Origin: a virus
Virus record (IMG/VR): IMGVR_UViG_3300045988_083604
Span: 1-64,000 of that record
Length of the DNA stretch: 64,000 nt
Strand: one strand, 5' to 3'
Below the pieces are notes generated by a model. That model made no database searches, was not told the origin of the DNA, and was given only the letters and a program-made list of their open reading frames with translations. The position numbers and the translations under genes are program-made. Below, piece by piece: positions 52,901 through 64,000 of this stretch (position 1 is its first letter; the number at the start of each line of letters is the position of its first letter).

Positions 52901-55900
52901 AATTTCCTTTCTCGCCATGTACAGAATCACCGATTCCAAAAAATGGATACCATTGATTTTTGTGTTTACCGTCTGTACCACTTGATGATTTATAAAATGG
53001 AAGTAAAACACCATTTATATTTGCAACAACAAATTCTCTACCATTTACAATACCCCATTGTCCTGTAAGTGTTCCGTTTTTTACGAGTGTATTATAAATA
53101 TCTCGAATTTTATCTAATCCTGATAACTATTCTTCCGACTCTTTGTTTTCCTTTTTACGAATTGCTTCATAAGCTTTTACAAATTCATCAGCCCATTCTT
53201 CTGAAATGTTTAGTTTTTGTTGTAAATATATTGATGGGTCTGTTGTATCATTTGTAGGTTTCTTTTTTAACAAGTCTATTGCCTTAATTAAAGCTTCACG
53301 TTTATGTTCAGCTTCGTCTTGCATCTGATCTTGTTTTTCTGCTTCTTCTATAGTAGTATTTTCACCAACATAACCTTCTACAGAAGTATTCATACTTGCA
53401 GAACCTCCTTCTACATTTTCTTCAATTAATTGATCTATTGCATCGCTGGTAATAGTTGCTTTTTCAGCTTTTCTTTTTGCCTTTTCTGTAAGTTCATCTG
53501 ATTTTTCACCATATACCTTACGTCTAGCTTCGTCTATTTGTTTTTGATGCGCATCTATGTCCTATTCAGTAACCTACTGTTTTGCAGTTTCTGTTGCCTT
53601 CTTTTGGTCTTCGTCTTGTTGAGACTGAGCCTCATTTATTATCTTTTTTTGAGCTTTTTCATCTCCATTATTAGCATTATCTAAATCCTAAATAGTTAAA
53701 GGTTCTTCCTGTTCTTTTTCTAAACGAACCATTTGTCTTCTCTAAAATCTGTCTGACATATCCTATTCTATTATAAGATGTGCAGCAGATTTTTCAAGAT
53801 TTTCAATTTGTTCTTGTTCATCAATAGGTGTGAGTGCTTTATCTGTACCTCTATTTTTATCAATATCCTCTCGCTTTTTTTTCAATTTAGAGGCTTGTAG
53901 ATTTAACAATCTATTTCGATTAATCCATTCTTTTTTGAAATCTAAACTACTCACATCTTCACCTTTAGCCTATTTTTCACGAACAAGATTGTTCTAAAAA
54001 TTAGTACGTTGTTCATCTGTAAGATTTTCCCATTTTACACGAGGTATATTAAATCTGACGTTTTTAGGATCTACAGAATTAAATGCATACGCTTGGTATT
54101 TCACAGACAATGCATGTAATATCGCATTATTTAGTGAGTTTACTGTTATTTTTTCGTTTAAATCTTCACTATTAACAATATCTTCGTATTTCTGTAATAA
54201 TTTTTTATTATTTCCTTCGTTTACAATCAATGAATATTTCTTTTCTATAGCATTAATTTGATCTTTTATGGAGTTTTTCATACCATAAAGACTTTCTATA
54301 TTTATTTTATATCCGAAAGCTTTTTTTATCGAAGAAAGTTTGTCGGATTGAGAATTTAATTTACTATATAAACCCTTTAAAATACGAAGTTTCTTTAGAT
54401 TATATAAAGTAGTAATGATCCTGTCTGCATAATCTTCCTCAGATAAATTCAAATCATTCTCAATTTTTTCTTTTTCGGTTTGTAACGGTTTTACTTTATC
54501 TTGGTATTCTTTTTCTCTAGCTTCATCTTCAGCTCGTTGTTTTTCTATTTCAGACTGTTCAGTTAATACAGGAGATGCACTTGGTTTATGATATTTAGCA
54601 TATAAATCATCGATCTACTTATTTATTTCAGAAATTCTATCATTTTTTTCAATCTTATCAGAAACATATGTTTTTTTAATTAATTCTTTAAATGATTTTA
54701 TAAGAGGTTCGTTTTCAATATTCTACGATTCACCTTCTTTATATTGTCTTACATTTCTAATTATATCATTTAAACGAGAAGTCACATCATGGTCGCTGAT
54801 ATTAGCAAGTTCTGCAACATTTTTAAAATCCAAAATCACACGAGACGCCTATTTTACATACTCTTTATGGTCTTCAGATCCTCTAGTTATGTGTAAATCA
54901 TCTAATATTTTATTTTTCTTTTTGTTAGTCTCTGTGTATACATTATAAGCAGTCCTGGCTAAAGTAATATCATCTTGTAAATCTTGATCACTTACCACTT
55001 CGTCATTTTTCAAATATTTAAAAGCTTCATACGATTTTGCAATTTTGTCCGCATTTCCACCATTTTTAAAACTATCAAAAAACATACCAAGATGAATATC
55101 ATCCTATTGTGCTTTATAATTATTAGCAACATATCGCATCAAATTCTTATCGAATTTGTATTGATTTATATATGCTCGTAACGATTCTGGGTTATTTGTA
55201 ACTGATGCTAAACCTTGATGAAGTAAACCAAACCAAAATGATGTTAAAGAACCAATTTCCATCTGTTGTCGTAAAGAATCGCTACCATTTAATGGGTCGC
55301 CAAAATCCAATCCAAAATATGCTAATACAGATTCTGTAGCAAGTTTTCCGTTGTCTACAAGTGATCTTAAATCGACACCTCTACCATAATCATAATCCGG
55401 AGAACTTTCGTCATAAACCCCTCTCCCATATCTATCTTGTAGAAATGCCTGTTGTCCTTCTTCAATACCTTCGCTAGCTGCAACAAATGCTGCTTTTTTA
55501 CCAAGACTTAATCCGGAATTTATTAAATTGCGTCTTGCAATTTGTTTTTCTATAGAACCTCCATATTTTTTAAGAACGTTGTCAATTTTTCTACTTATAA
55601 AACCTTGTGCTAATCTACGCTTTGTTTCAGATGATATACTATTTTCTGCAAATTTTGAAACAGCATCAAACATATCTTCAGATGTATATCTAAGATTTTT
55701 TTTGTATACCATATTTCTCGCAACTTTGTCAGCATAGTCTTTAATAATAGAACCTCCAGATCCGGCAAATGGTAATGCTTCTATATAGTCCATATACCCT
55801 AAAGCGTTATTTTGTGCTTTAAGTTTGTTTATACCTAACCTCGCATCTCGTTTGATTTTTTCAAAATTTGAATCACCTGTCTGGATATTATAAGAAAGTG

Positions 55901-57362
55901 CTAATTGTAACAAGTCTTGTTCATTAAGACCTTCTGTTTCAATACCATTTGATTTACAAAATTGTTTTGTAATATTCAATATCCTGCCGAGATTTATATT
56001 GTTCTTAATAGATTCATCCTGTACACGTTGTAAATAAGCGTCTGTAGCTTCTGAATTTGTTTCATCTTGACGCATTGAATAAGCTGTAGCAACAGATCCG
56101 AGTTGTGTAAGAAGTTGCACAGATAATCCGGCAACTGGATTTTTAGCAGCTAATGATTTAGATATCGCACCACCTATCCACTATAAACCTAATTGAGCCA
56201 TAAACGCTTTTGCAGAAGAAAAAGAAGATCCTATTTCAGGTAAAGAATATAATAGTGCATTTATTCCCTTTTCATTCAAATCTCGAAACGGGGAATTGGT
56301 AGAGCTTTCTTGTTCAAAATTTTTATCGATATTTTTAGGATTATAAAACCACGAACCTTTTCTATATAAATCAAGTGTACTTTTTACATTGATAGATTGT
56401 TCGTCAATATCTGGTTGCAGATCTTTTATACGTTTATCTATATCTTTTTGAAATAATTGTAATGATGCTCCGTTTAAATGTTCTAAATCATATCTTTGTA
56501 ATTTTTGTAAATCAAATTCGTTTAAAGATCCTCTGGCAATAGCGGCTCTTGTGTGTTTTTCTGAAGACGGGTTTGAAATAAAATCAAGAAAATTAGATGC
56601 TCCTTGAACTGCTTTATTGAAAAATCTTAAAATTGAATTATCTGGTTGATCTTTAGAAACATGATCTAGAGCATCGAATGCAACTTTTGCTCCTATTTCA
56701 CCAGCGTCTTTAAGGTTATCTGGAGCACTGTTATACATTAAACGTTGTAATGTTGGATTTGTTTTTATAGCTTGTTTATAATAATCAATTTGTGTCTAAA
56801 AATCACCATATTTATTTTCAATATCCCTTTGCAATAATTGTGCATTATACATATCACCATTTAATCTATACACATTTAATTTTTGCAAATCATTTTTATA
56901 TTGATCATATTTATCTATAAAGTCTCTAAATCCTTCTAGATCCGATTGTTCCTATTTTAGATTTTGTAATTCTTCTTCTTCACTACCAAGATGAGATTGT
57001 AATTGTCTCTTAACAGTTTGATTCCATGCAGACGTCCAATCAAAATTATACAAATCTGATGGTATACTTGCTACGTTTTTAACACCTTTCCATATACCAT
57101 CAGCAAGATTACCAAAAAAACTACTGTCAGAATCATTTTCAACAGTTGTATCCGAAGGTGTTATTGGCTAATAATAATCCGGACCACCTGTTTGAGAGTA
57201 TTCACTTGTAAATTCAGGATTGAAATATACACCAGAGTTTACATTCGATTTTTCCTAAACTCGCAATTCTTCTGAGGAACCTTGCCTCATACTTTGACCA
57301 ATGTTGCCATATAATGTAGCATACCTAGGATTGTATATCTATTTGTTTTTCTTTTTAGCCAT
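40980..57362 (-). CDS. giant ORF, 5460 codons, including a crAss-type virion RNA polymerase-like region (GSDFDVDKL); about 75 in-frame TAG
   Basis: 24 ORF-track fragments from 41607 to 56738 share one frame. All gaps were read codon by codon and contain only TAG. ATG 57362 is preceded by an in-frame TAATAA; the stop is TGA at 40980. DFDVD lies at 44214-44228. Confidence 0.6.
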
Positions 57363-57371
57363 AATTATTTA

Positions 57372-59276
57372 TTATTCTAAATTTTCAGATCTTGCTAAAG
57401 ATTCCGCCTGTCTTTCGCCGGCTAACTTGTATGCATTAGAAGATCCATACTGTGATTTATCATATTCTATATCACCAAATGCTTGTGAAGGATTGTCTTT
57501 TTCCGTATACGAAGTTGAAAATTTAAATAAATCTCCGTATTTCCTTTCTTTATTTTTATCTATAAACTATTTAGATGTGTCTCTAACGATTCCAAGATGT
57601 TTCATAACAGCGTTTTCAGATAAAGGATTTGAACTATTGGTGTTATAATATTTCATAAATTCAGCAAGTTTATCTTTCGTTATGTACGTATTAAAATAAT
57701 ATGTATTTACTCCAGATGTAGTGCTTCCAGCAGACCTATCTTGACGAATTGTTTCACCAGTCATGTATGCTCTAATATTATTTGATTTCAACCAATTATT
57801 AAACATCTTTTGAAGTTTTGATCCTTTTCTACCATACATACCTTTTACTTTTATTGCAGAATATGTATATTTTCCAGTACCGTAGTCAACAACTCTATGT
57901 TTTTCTGTTGTCCCAGGAATAGGTTGCCATTCATTACTAATACTGTTTTTCATTCTGGTAGCGGTTTTTCCTGCAAATTCTGCTGTTTTGGAATTTATAT
58001 ATTTCGCAGTTATTTCCGAATTACCTTTCGTCATATTATCTTTTAAATCCTAAGCATATCTAGAGCGTAATGAATTAGTAGGTAATACAGTTCCATTTTT
58101 ATCTACAGTTAGTAATGGTGTTAATCCTTTACCAGGATTGTATGGGTTTTTCGAAATAGCATTCCAATAATTTAAATATGTCTGTGCATCTTTATATTCT
58201 TTAGATCCTTTTTTACTCCTATTACGAATATTTGTCCAATATTTCGTTTTATATGATACCAATGTTGGTAACCATTTTACAATATTATCACGCTATGTAT
58301 TTGTAACTGTTCTGTTTCTTATAGACGATTCGCTAGCAGGATATACTTCTGGCGTTTCATCTTGATGCTACAAATTATGTTCAATCTATTTTAATCGAAC
58401 ACTGTAACTAAACTTTCTAGCTTCTGCAGCTCTATCATATTTATCTTTTTCCGCCAACATAGCATATGGATCCGTTTCTGGAAGCATTATCAATTTTTCA
58501 TGATGAGATTGAGCAATATCAGATATAAACTATTTGCCGACTGCTTCTTTAATCTCCTATTCTGTGGCATTTGGATATTTATTCTTAAAGCCTTCTTCTA
58601 TTAAATGTTTATAATATTTTCCAAGGTCTGTATTTGAAAATGCTTGAGCTCTAGGTTTTGCAATATTTATAAGATCATTCATATCAATACCTCTCCAAAG
58701 ATATCCGTTTTTAGAACCTTTATCTGTAGGTTTTATTTCATCATACCAATCGTTAGTAGCCTTACCCAATGTCTTATATACGCTAGGTGCTGTTCTATCC
58801 CATTGTCCATTTTTAAGTGTTGAGAAATCGTTGAAACTTGGTAAACCTGATTGTTGTAGTAAAAAATCTTCAAATTGTTGATCGTATTCACCCCTTCTTC
58901 GAGCATCTTGTATTGCTGCAAGATATTGCTAACCTATTTTAGATGATTGTCTTAACTAAGCTATATCTCCAACAGGTGTTGTTCGTATAAGCCTTGCAAC
59001 GGCTGCTCTACCTTCAGCTGACCGTAATGGATCTATACCTCTTTTTTGTAAATCGTCTAATAAATTATTCATTCTTCCATATACAAGTCTATCATAATCC
59101 TTCACATCTTGTTGAAAAGGAGATGTAAAATCACTGTATTTAGACAGATATTCATCCATTCTTTTTTCTCCGGATTCATATTGATCTTTTACAGCATTTA
59201 AATAAGCATTCATAATACCAGTATCATATAATTCTGGAACAGGCATGTCTACTGGCTAATCATATCTATATATCAT
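57372..59276 (-). CDS. late protein, 634 codons, about 10 in-frame TAG
   Basis: Fragments 57567..59246 share one frame. ATG 59276 lies 5 nt after the TAA of the upstream gene; the gene ends in a double TAA at 57369-57374. Confidence 0.6.
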
Positions 59277-59281
59277 AATAA

Positions 59282-61435
59282 TTATTGTTTATACGGATTA
59301 ATAAATGGAATTGGTTGAGGAATATTTACTAATGACTTAGTTAAATCCATAAGGCTTGGTGATACTGGCTTATACGGATTTGTAAAAGTTACATTTTGAG
59401 GAATAGGTACCAATGATTTAACAAGATTCATAAAGTTCGGCTAGAATGGTTTATATGGATTTTTAAAATCAACGTTTCGAGGAACAGGTACTAATAATTT
59501 AGCAAGGTTCATAAAATCTTTATTATTTGGTACGGATGTAGATGTGTCGCCAAACAATCTATTAATTCGATTTTTACGCCCTGTTTTACCCATTAAATCC
59601 TCACGTCTTATACCCAGGTCATCTTGATATAATTTAACAGTATCACGCCATCTACTATCATCTACGCGTTTCTTATCCCATCTGTAGATATTCTCCATAA
59701 AATCTTTTCTAGCTTGGTTAGCCATTGCTAATTTAGCAGCATGTGCTTTTTCAAACGCATCTTGGTCGTATCTCATAGCATTTGTTCTATTCTCTCTATC
59801 AGCTTCACCTGCACGCATTAAAGCATCGTAATATTGCTGTTTATATTTATTATTCTATTCATCAGCTATTCCATAAAGCTTTGCAGCATTATTTATATAA
59901 CTATTATAAAGATCATTTCTCGCAATATATTTCTAACCTGCAGTAAGACCTCCTGTTTGGTCTATATTATATTTATTCTATCTAAGACTATCTCTATACT
60001 CTTTAAGTTGAGGATATATGTTATATCTAAGACCAGCTAAACCATTTAATGCTCTATTAGCGTATTGATTTTGACTATATGTATCATACTTAGGAATACT
60101 TTGTTTATTGACATTTGACAATCTAGAAAGTGCTTCTGTAACTCCTAAAAGTGACGGAAGTCCAATCTGAAGTTCATTCTACCAATCTTTGCCAATCGCA
60201 TATTGTCTTCTATAATTATTCATTTGTCCTTCTATATTATGTTGTTTTGCCTATTGTTGTGCGAGATCTTTAAGCTTATTAAAAGATTCTTGTTTTGACT
60301 GTTGTATATTTTTATTATACAAATCACTTGTAGCTTTAGATAAAGAACTCAATTTACCATATCGTCCAACTTTGTTCTAAGCTTTATTCATACTTTGAAT
60401 TTGCATAGTATACGGTGCAGCTTGCCTTGCGAACGTATCACCAGTTCTCCAATCAACATCATTACCAAGTATTACATTACTATCATCTTCTCTTACAGAC
60501 GATGGTTGATTATCAACACCAACTGTACCTTTGTCAACAATAGTTGCACTACCGTTGTTGAAATCTATAATAGATTCTCCTTTACCAACGTTGCTTTCGT
60601 GCGGTCCATTTATAACACCGTACGGAGAATATACTTGTTTGTAATCATCTTCGGATTTACCATTATTATAATACTTAGAATCTTTTCCTCTATTTGCTAC
60701 TAATATTCCATCTTTAGTATTTCCATAATCCTACAAATAATCCTATTGTAATCCTGTGGTTTGAGCACCTGCTTTATTAAACGTAGTGATAGCATTTGCT
60801 TTCTGTTGTGCAACAGCCATTCTATGTTTTAAGATCCTTTTCTTACGTGCAGCAGAAGCTCCTCCGAATATACCTCCTATAAGAGTTCCTACAGCAGCTC
60901 CAATACCGGAGCCAAGTGGACCGCCTATCATACCTATCGCAGCACCTGCTCCAGCACCACCTCCAATAGCTTTCATTGTGTTTCCAGATGTTTGAGCTTT
61001 AAGGTTTGCAAGTTCTGTATCTTCGTCAATACCATTTTGAATATCATAACCAATTCCATTTATCATACCTTGTGAGGTACCTGCATTCGATAACAATTGT
61101 GATTGATTTGCAACAGGTTGTTTATAAGCATCTATAAGATTTCCTGCAAAAGCGATACCTTGTTGTACCATCGCACCGTAGTTGGCATTTTTAAGATTTG
61201 TTTTAAAAGCACTAGGACCTTTTGGAACGTTTTCTTGAGGACCTTTAGGAGTTTGAGGAGTTTGTTGAGCGGGTGTTTGGTTAAAATTTTGGTTTTGCGG
61301 AAGAGTTTTCTAATAGTCTAAAAATTCTTTAGCATCATCAGCAGGACCATTATAAGAATTCCAATCTAGAGGATTTTTACCGACATCAAAGCTTGGTCTC
61401 TAATTACGTATATATTTAAAAGCTGTTAAATCCAT
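59282..61435 (-). CDS. late protein, 717 codons, with a Gly-zipper hydrophobic segment and a C-terminal 27-aa triple repeat; about 11 in-frame TAG
   Basis: Fragments 59441..59818 and 60743..61171 share one frame with only TAG between them. GGGAGAGAAIGMIGGPLGSGIGAAVGTLIGGIFGG segment; TAA at 59282. Confidence 0.6.
59285..59530 (-). repeat. three tandem 81-nt (27-codon) repeats at the 3' end of the gene
   Basis: tatacggatt / tatacggatt / tatatggatt at 59290, 59371 and 59452; peptide units end in NPYKP(F/V/Q). Confidence 0.7.
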
Positions 61436-64000
61436 GATTTTCTAAATTTATTTATTATATAAGAAATCGAAGTGTTCTTTAAATTATCTATCTCACAAAT
61501 CATATATTTACCACGTTGTCTATTTCCATATTCAACGTTTCCATATCTTGGTATAGAATATCTAAAATTACCTTCTCTGTTTGTAATACCAATTTCACTT
61601 CCAGATTTCTATACTTCTGAATTTAAATTTGTAGACCATTTAAATATACAGTCGTTATAAGAATAATCTTTTGTTAATTGATCGTTTGTTATTATCTCTT
61701 GATTATCAAATACTTTTGTTTCAGTAGGTGATGTATTTACTACATATTTTATAATAGTATTTGGATATAATGTACTATTTTTAGTATTCCATTTGTTTAT
61801 AACTAATCTATTGTCTTCACAAGACATCAAGTATATATCATTGTCGAATGTAATACTTTCTTCGAAATCAACTGTATATACAGATGTAAACGCTCTTAAT
61901 AAACTACTAAATGCTAAAGATTGTTCTTCTCCATTCTTTAACAATACTTTTGAAACAAGTTCATCATAACGTTTATCATAGAATAATTTTGGTTGTTTTA
62001 TACCACACCTTTCATGCATTATATTTTGTGTACCGAACATCTTATTCATCGCAACGCTACCATCTGATGTCAACTATTTCAATTCGTTGTTATGCGAATC
62101 AAACCAGAATAGAGCTGTAGAAGATTGAGCATCACAATATTGTTCTCTATGCATTCCTGTTTTTGTATCCAAATAATCATATCTTGATAAAACACCTCCG
62201 GTTCCTAATACAAGTGGTTTTCCAGAATCATCTGTTATCTGAGATCTTTCATTCACGCTAAATTGACCAAATGCGTGTTCCTACCAAAAGAATAACTAAT
62301 TATTAAAGGTTCTAAGGTTTGTTATTTCACCATATCTGTCATCTACATCTAAGAAGTTTGCAGGTTTGAATACACACCACGAATCACTATTTTCATTATT
62401 AGTCTTCTTATCTGAGTAATAACATCTGTAATCTACGCTTGTGAGTGTATTTGAATCTTTTGATAAATCTGTAGATTCTGTTGATTTAATTTGAGGTTGT
62501 ATAGAATATGCAGAATTGTACTCATATTGTGGTTTTTCCTAAGTCCATATTGAATTAACTTGTGCAGGATCTTCTTGTATATTGGAAGCTTTACCATCTG
62601 TCTATGCACTAAACTCTACTCCCGATGTATATGCAAGATTTATGCTTGTTTCAACAGGTATTGAATAAACAAGACACGCAGTTACAGACATTCCTACATT
62701 CTTATCATAATATTTATGACATGATACATATTCAAACGGTTGTATGTAACAATCACCATTAAACACATTTGCTACTTTCTAATCTGCTGCAAATACATCT
62801 CCATAAGATACATATGTATTCAAACATCTTGCTGAATAATCATATCCTCCATAAGGTGTTGTTCTTTGACGTAGATTACACAAATATGTTCCAGATATAC
62901 TACTTCTGTATATATTTATTTTAGTTATTTTATAAGTATCATAGATATAATCTACATATGCACTATTGTCTTTTGATTCTACGGATTGATTTGATTTGTA
63001 TATTATGTTACCATCTTCTTTTGCACCAGGTATTACTTCAAAATCACCTGTTGTAAACCCGTTTGGAATTTTATAATCATTATCTGTAAACCCAGCAGCC
63101 TATACTGTAAGTGTGTTCGTATGAGGTTTTTGTATAACGTTTGTACAAATATTTTTATAAAATATATTGTTTGCGTTTTCTAATTTCAACAAGATACAAG
63201 ACCCTCCAGTACCCATTAAAGCAGATCTTCCGTCACAATCATCGAGTCTATTACGATATTTATCATCAGATACAAATATACCAAAAGCATTATCAGTACT
63301 CAGTACTTTATTAGTATTATTAAACGTACCGCTGTCTACAACATTACAGTATTGTAAATTGCCAACTACAACCGTATCGTTTGTATATTTTGCAGAATAT
63401 GTTGTAGTCTTATTTGCGGTTTTAGAATCAAACAAACCATTCCACGGTATTTGTGAAACAACATTACAAGCCTATACTTTATAAGAGCGTTTATTTTTAT
63501 TCAAATCAATAGTTTCGTAATCTGTATCATTTCCGTATTTTGTTTTAACAAGTGATGATCCATATATTCTATTAAATACGATATTACTTTGTTCATACAG
63601 TTTAGTGTATCCAAATTGATTATAATTGTATATATTATCAAGACCATCAGCGCTTCCAAATCCACGTACATAACATGTATTGTCTATATCACCTATTGTT
63701 TGATATGACATAAATGATGGTGCTTTACCAACTGTCCTAAAAACATATTGAGCACCTCTATATTTATCAAGTCTATGTTCGTTTAAACAAGCAGGGTACG
63801 CCTAATAATATGAAGGATTTGTTCTACCGTATGGTTGACATATAAACATTGACTATAGACCACTTATCGGCTTCTTTTTATTACTATTCTCGTCATCAGA
63901 TTCATATACTATATATGTAGATAATTTGTATTCTATTTTATTAGTTAATCGACCATATAAATCTTTATATATGATTTCATTATTATATATAGGGTTATTA
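61426..64000 (-). CDS. late protein, partial (5' end beyond the window), more than 857 codons, about 11 in-frame TAG
   Basis: Fragments 61609..63711 share one frame with only TAG between them. TAA at 61426 overlaps the start of the next gene by 10 nt. Confidence 0.6.

Noticed and set aside
58733-58921. Minus-strand ORF in a different frame from its neighbours
   Set aside because: It lies entirely within gene 57372..59276, which is continuous in another frame.
37776-63484. Numerous plus-strand ORFs of 60-228 aa inside the late block, for example 40999..41685 and 37898..38419
   Set aside because: They lie antisense to the continuous TAG-recoded minus-strand genes and encode low-complexity Ser/Phe/Leu-rich products.
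1-64000. CRISPR arrays, integrase/att sites, reverse transcriptase/DGR, and rRNA genes
   Set aside because: No regularly spaced direct repeats and no recognisable signature motifs for any of these were seen on either strand.

Overview
This is an AT-rich dsDNA phage segment laid out like a crAss-like (Crassvirales-type, Bacteroidota-infecting) virus. Family placement rests on motif recognition by eye, not on a search.

Layout:
- 1-1317: a few small minus-strand genes.
- 1602-35368: a long plus-strand early/replication block. Recognisable products are a DUF3310 protein, ThyX, an ECF-type sigma factor, family-B DNA polymerase, a DnaB-like helicase, a Sak4/AAA_24 ATPase, a TOPRIM primase, an AAA+ ATPase and two PD-(D/E)XK nucleases, plus many small ORFans.
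- 35385-35417: a bidirectional terminator hairpin.
- 35422-64000: a minus-strand late block.

Main observations:
1. The late block is readable only if TAG is a sense codon. Every break between the roughly 40 ORF-track fragments is TAG. With read-through they fuse into five genes of 1853, 5460, 634, 717 and more than 857 codons, ending only at TAA or TGA. The 5460-codon ORF carries a DFDVD motif like the crAss-type virion RNA polymerase.
2. There are two group I introns with recognisable R/S (P7) elements. One interrupts tRNA-Leu(UAA) between anticodon positions 34 and 35. The other splits the Sak4-like ATPase gene and carries an HNH endonuclease ORF with one in-frame TAG.
3. One canonical tRNA-Gln(UUG) is present. 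I found no CUA-anticodon tRNA in this window.
4. Several ORF-free, helix-rich regions (about 1 kb, 0.45 kb, 0.5 kb, 2 kb and 0.29 kb) are associated with tRNA-like acceptor/T-arm modules. These modules lack a normal anticodon arm.
5. A four-member family of terminator-like hairpins has co-varying stems and a conserved 14-nt loop.

Coordinates of RNA elements and manually redefined gene ends were counted by hand and may be off by 1-2 nt. ORF-track coordinates were used wherever possible.
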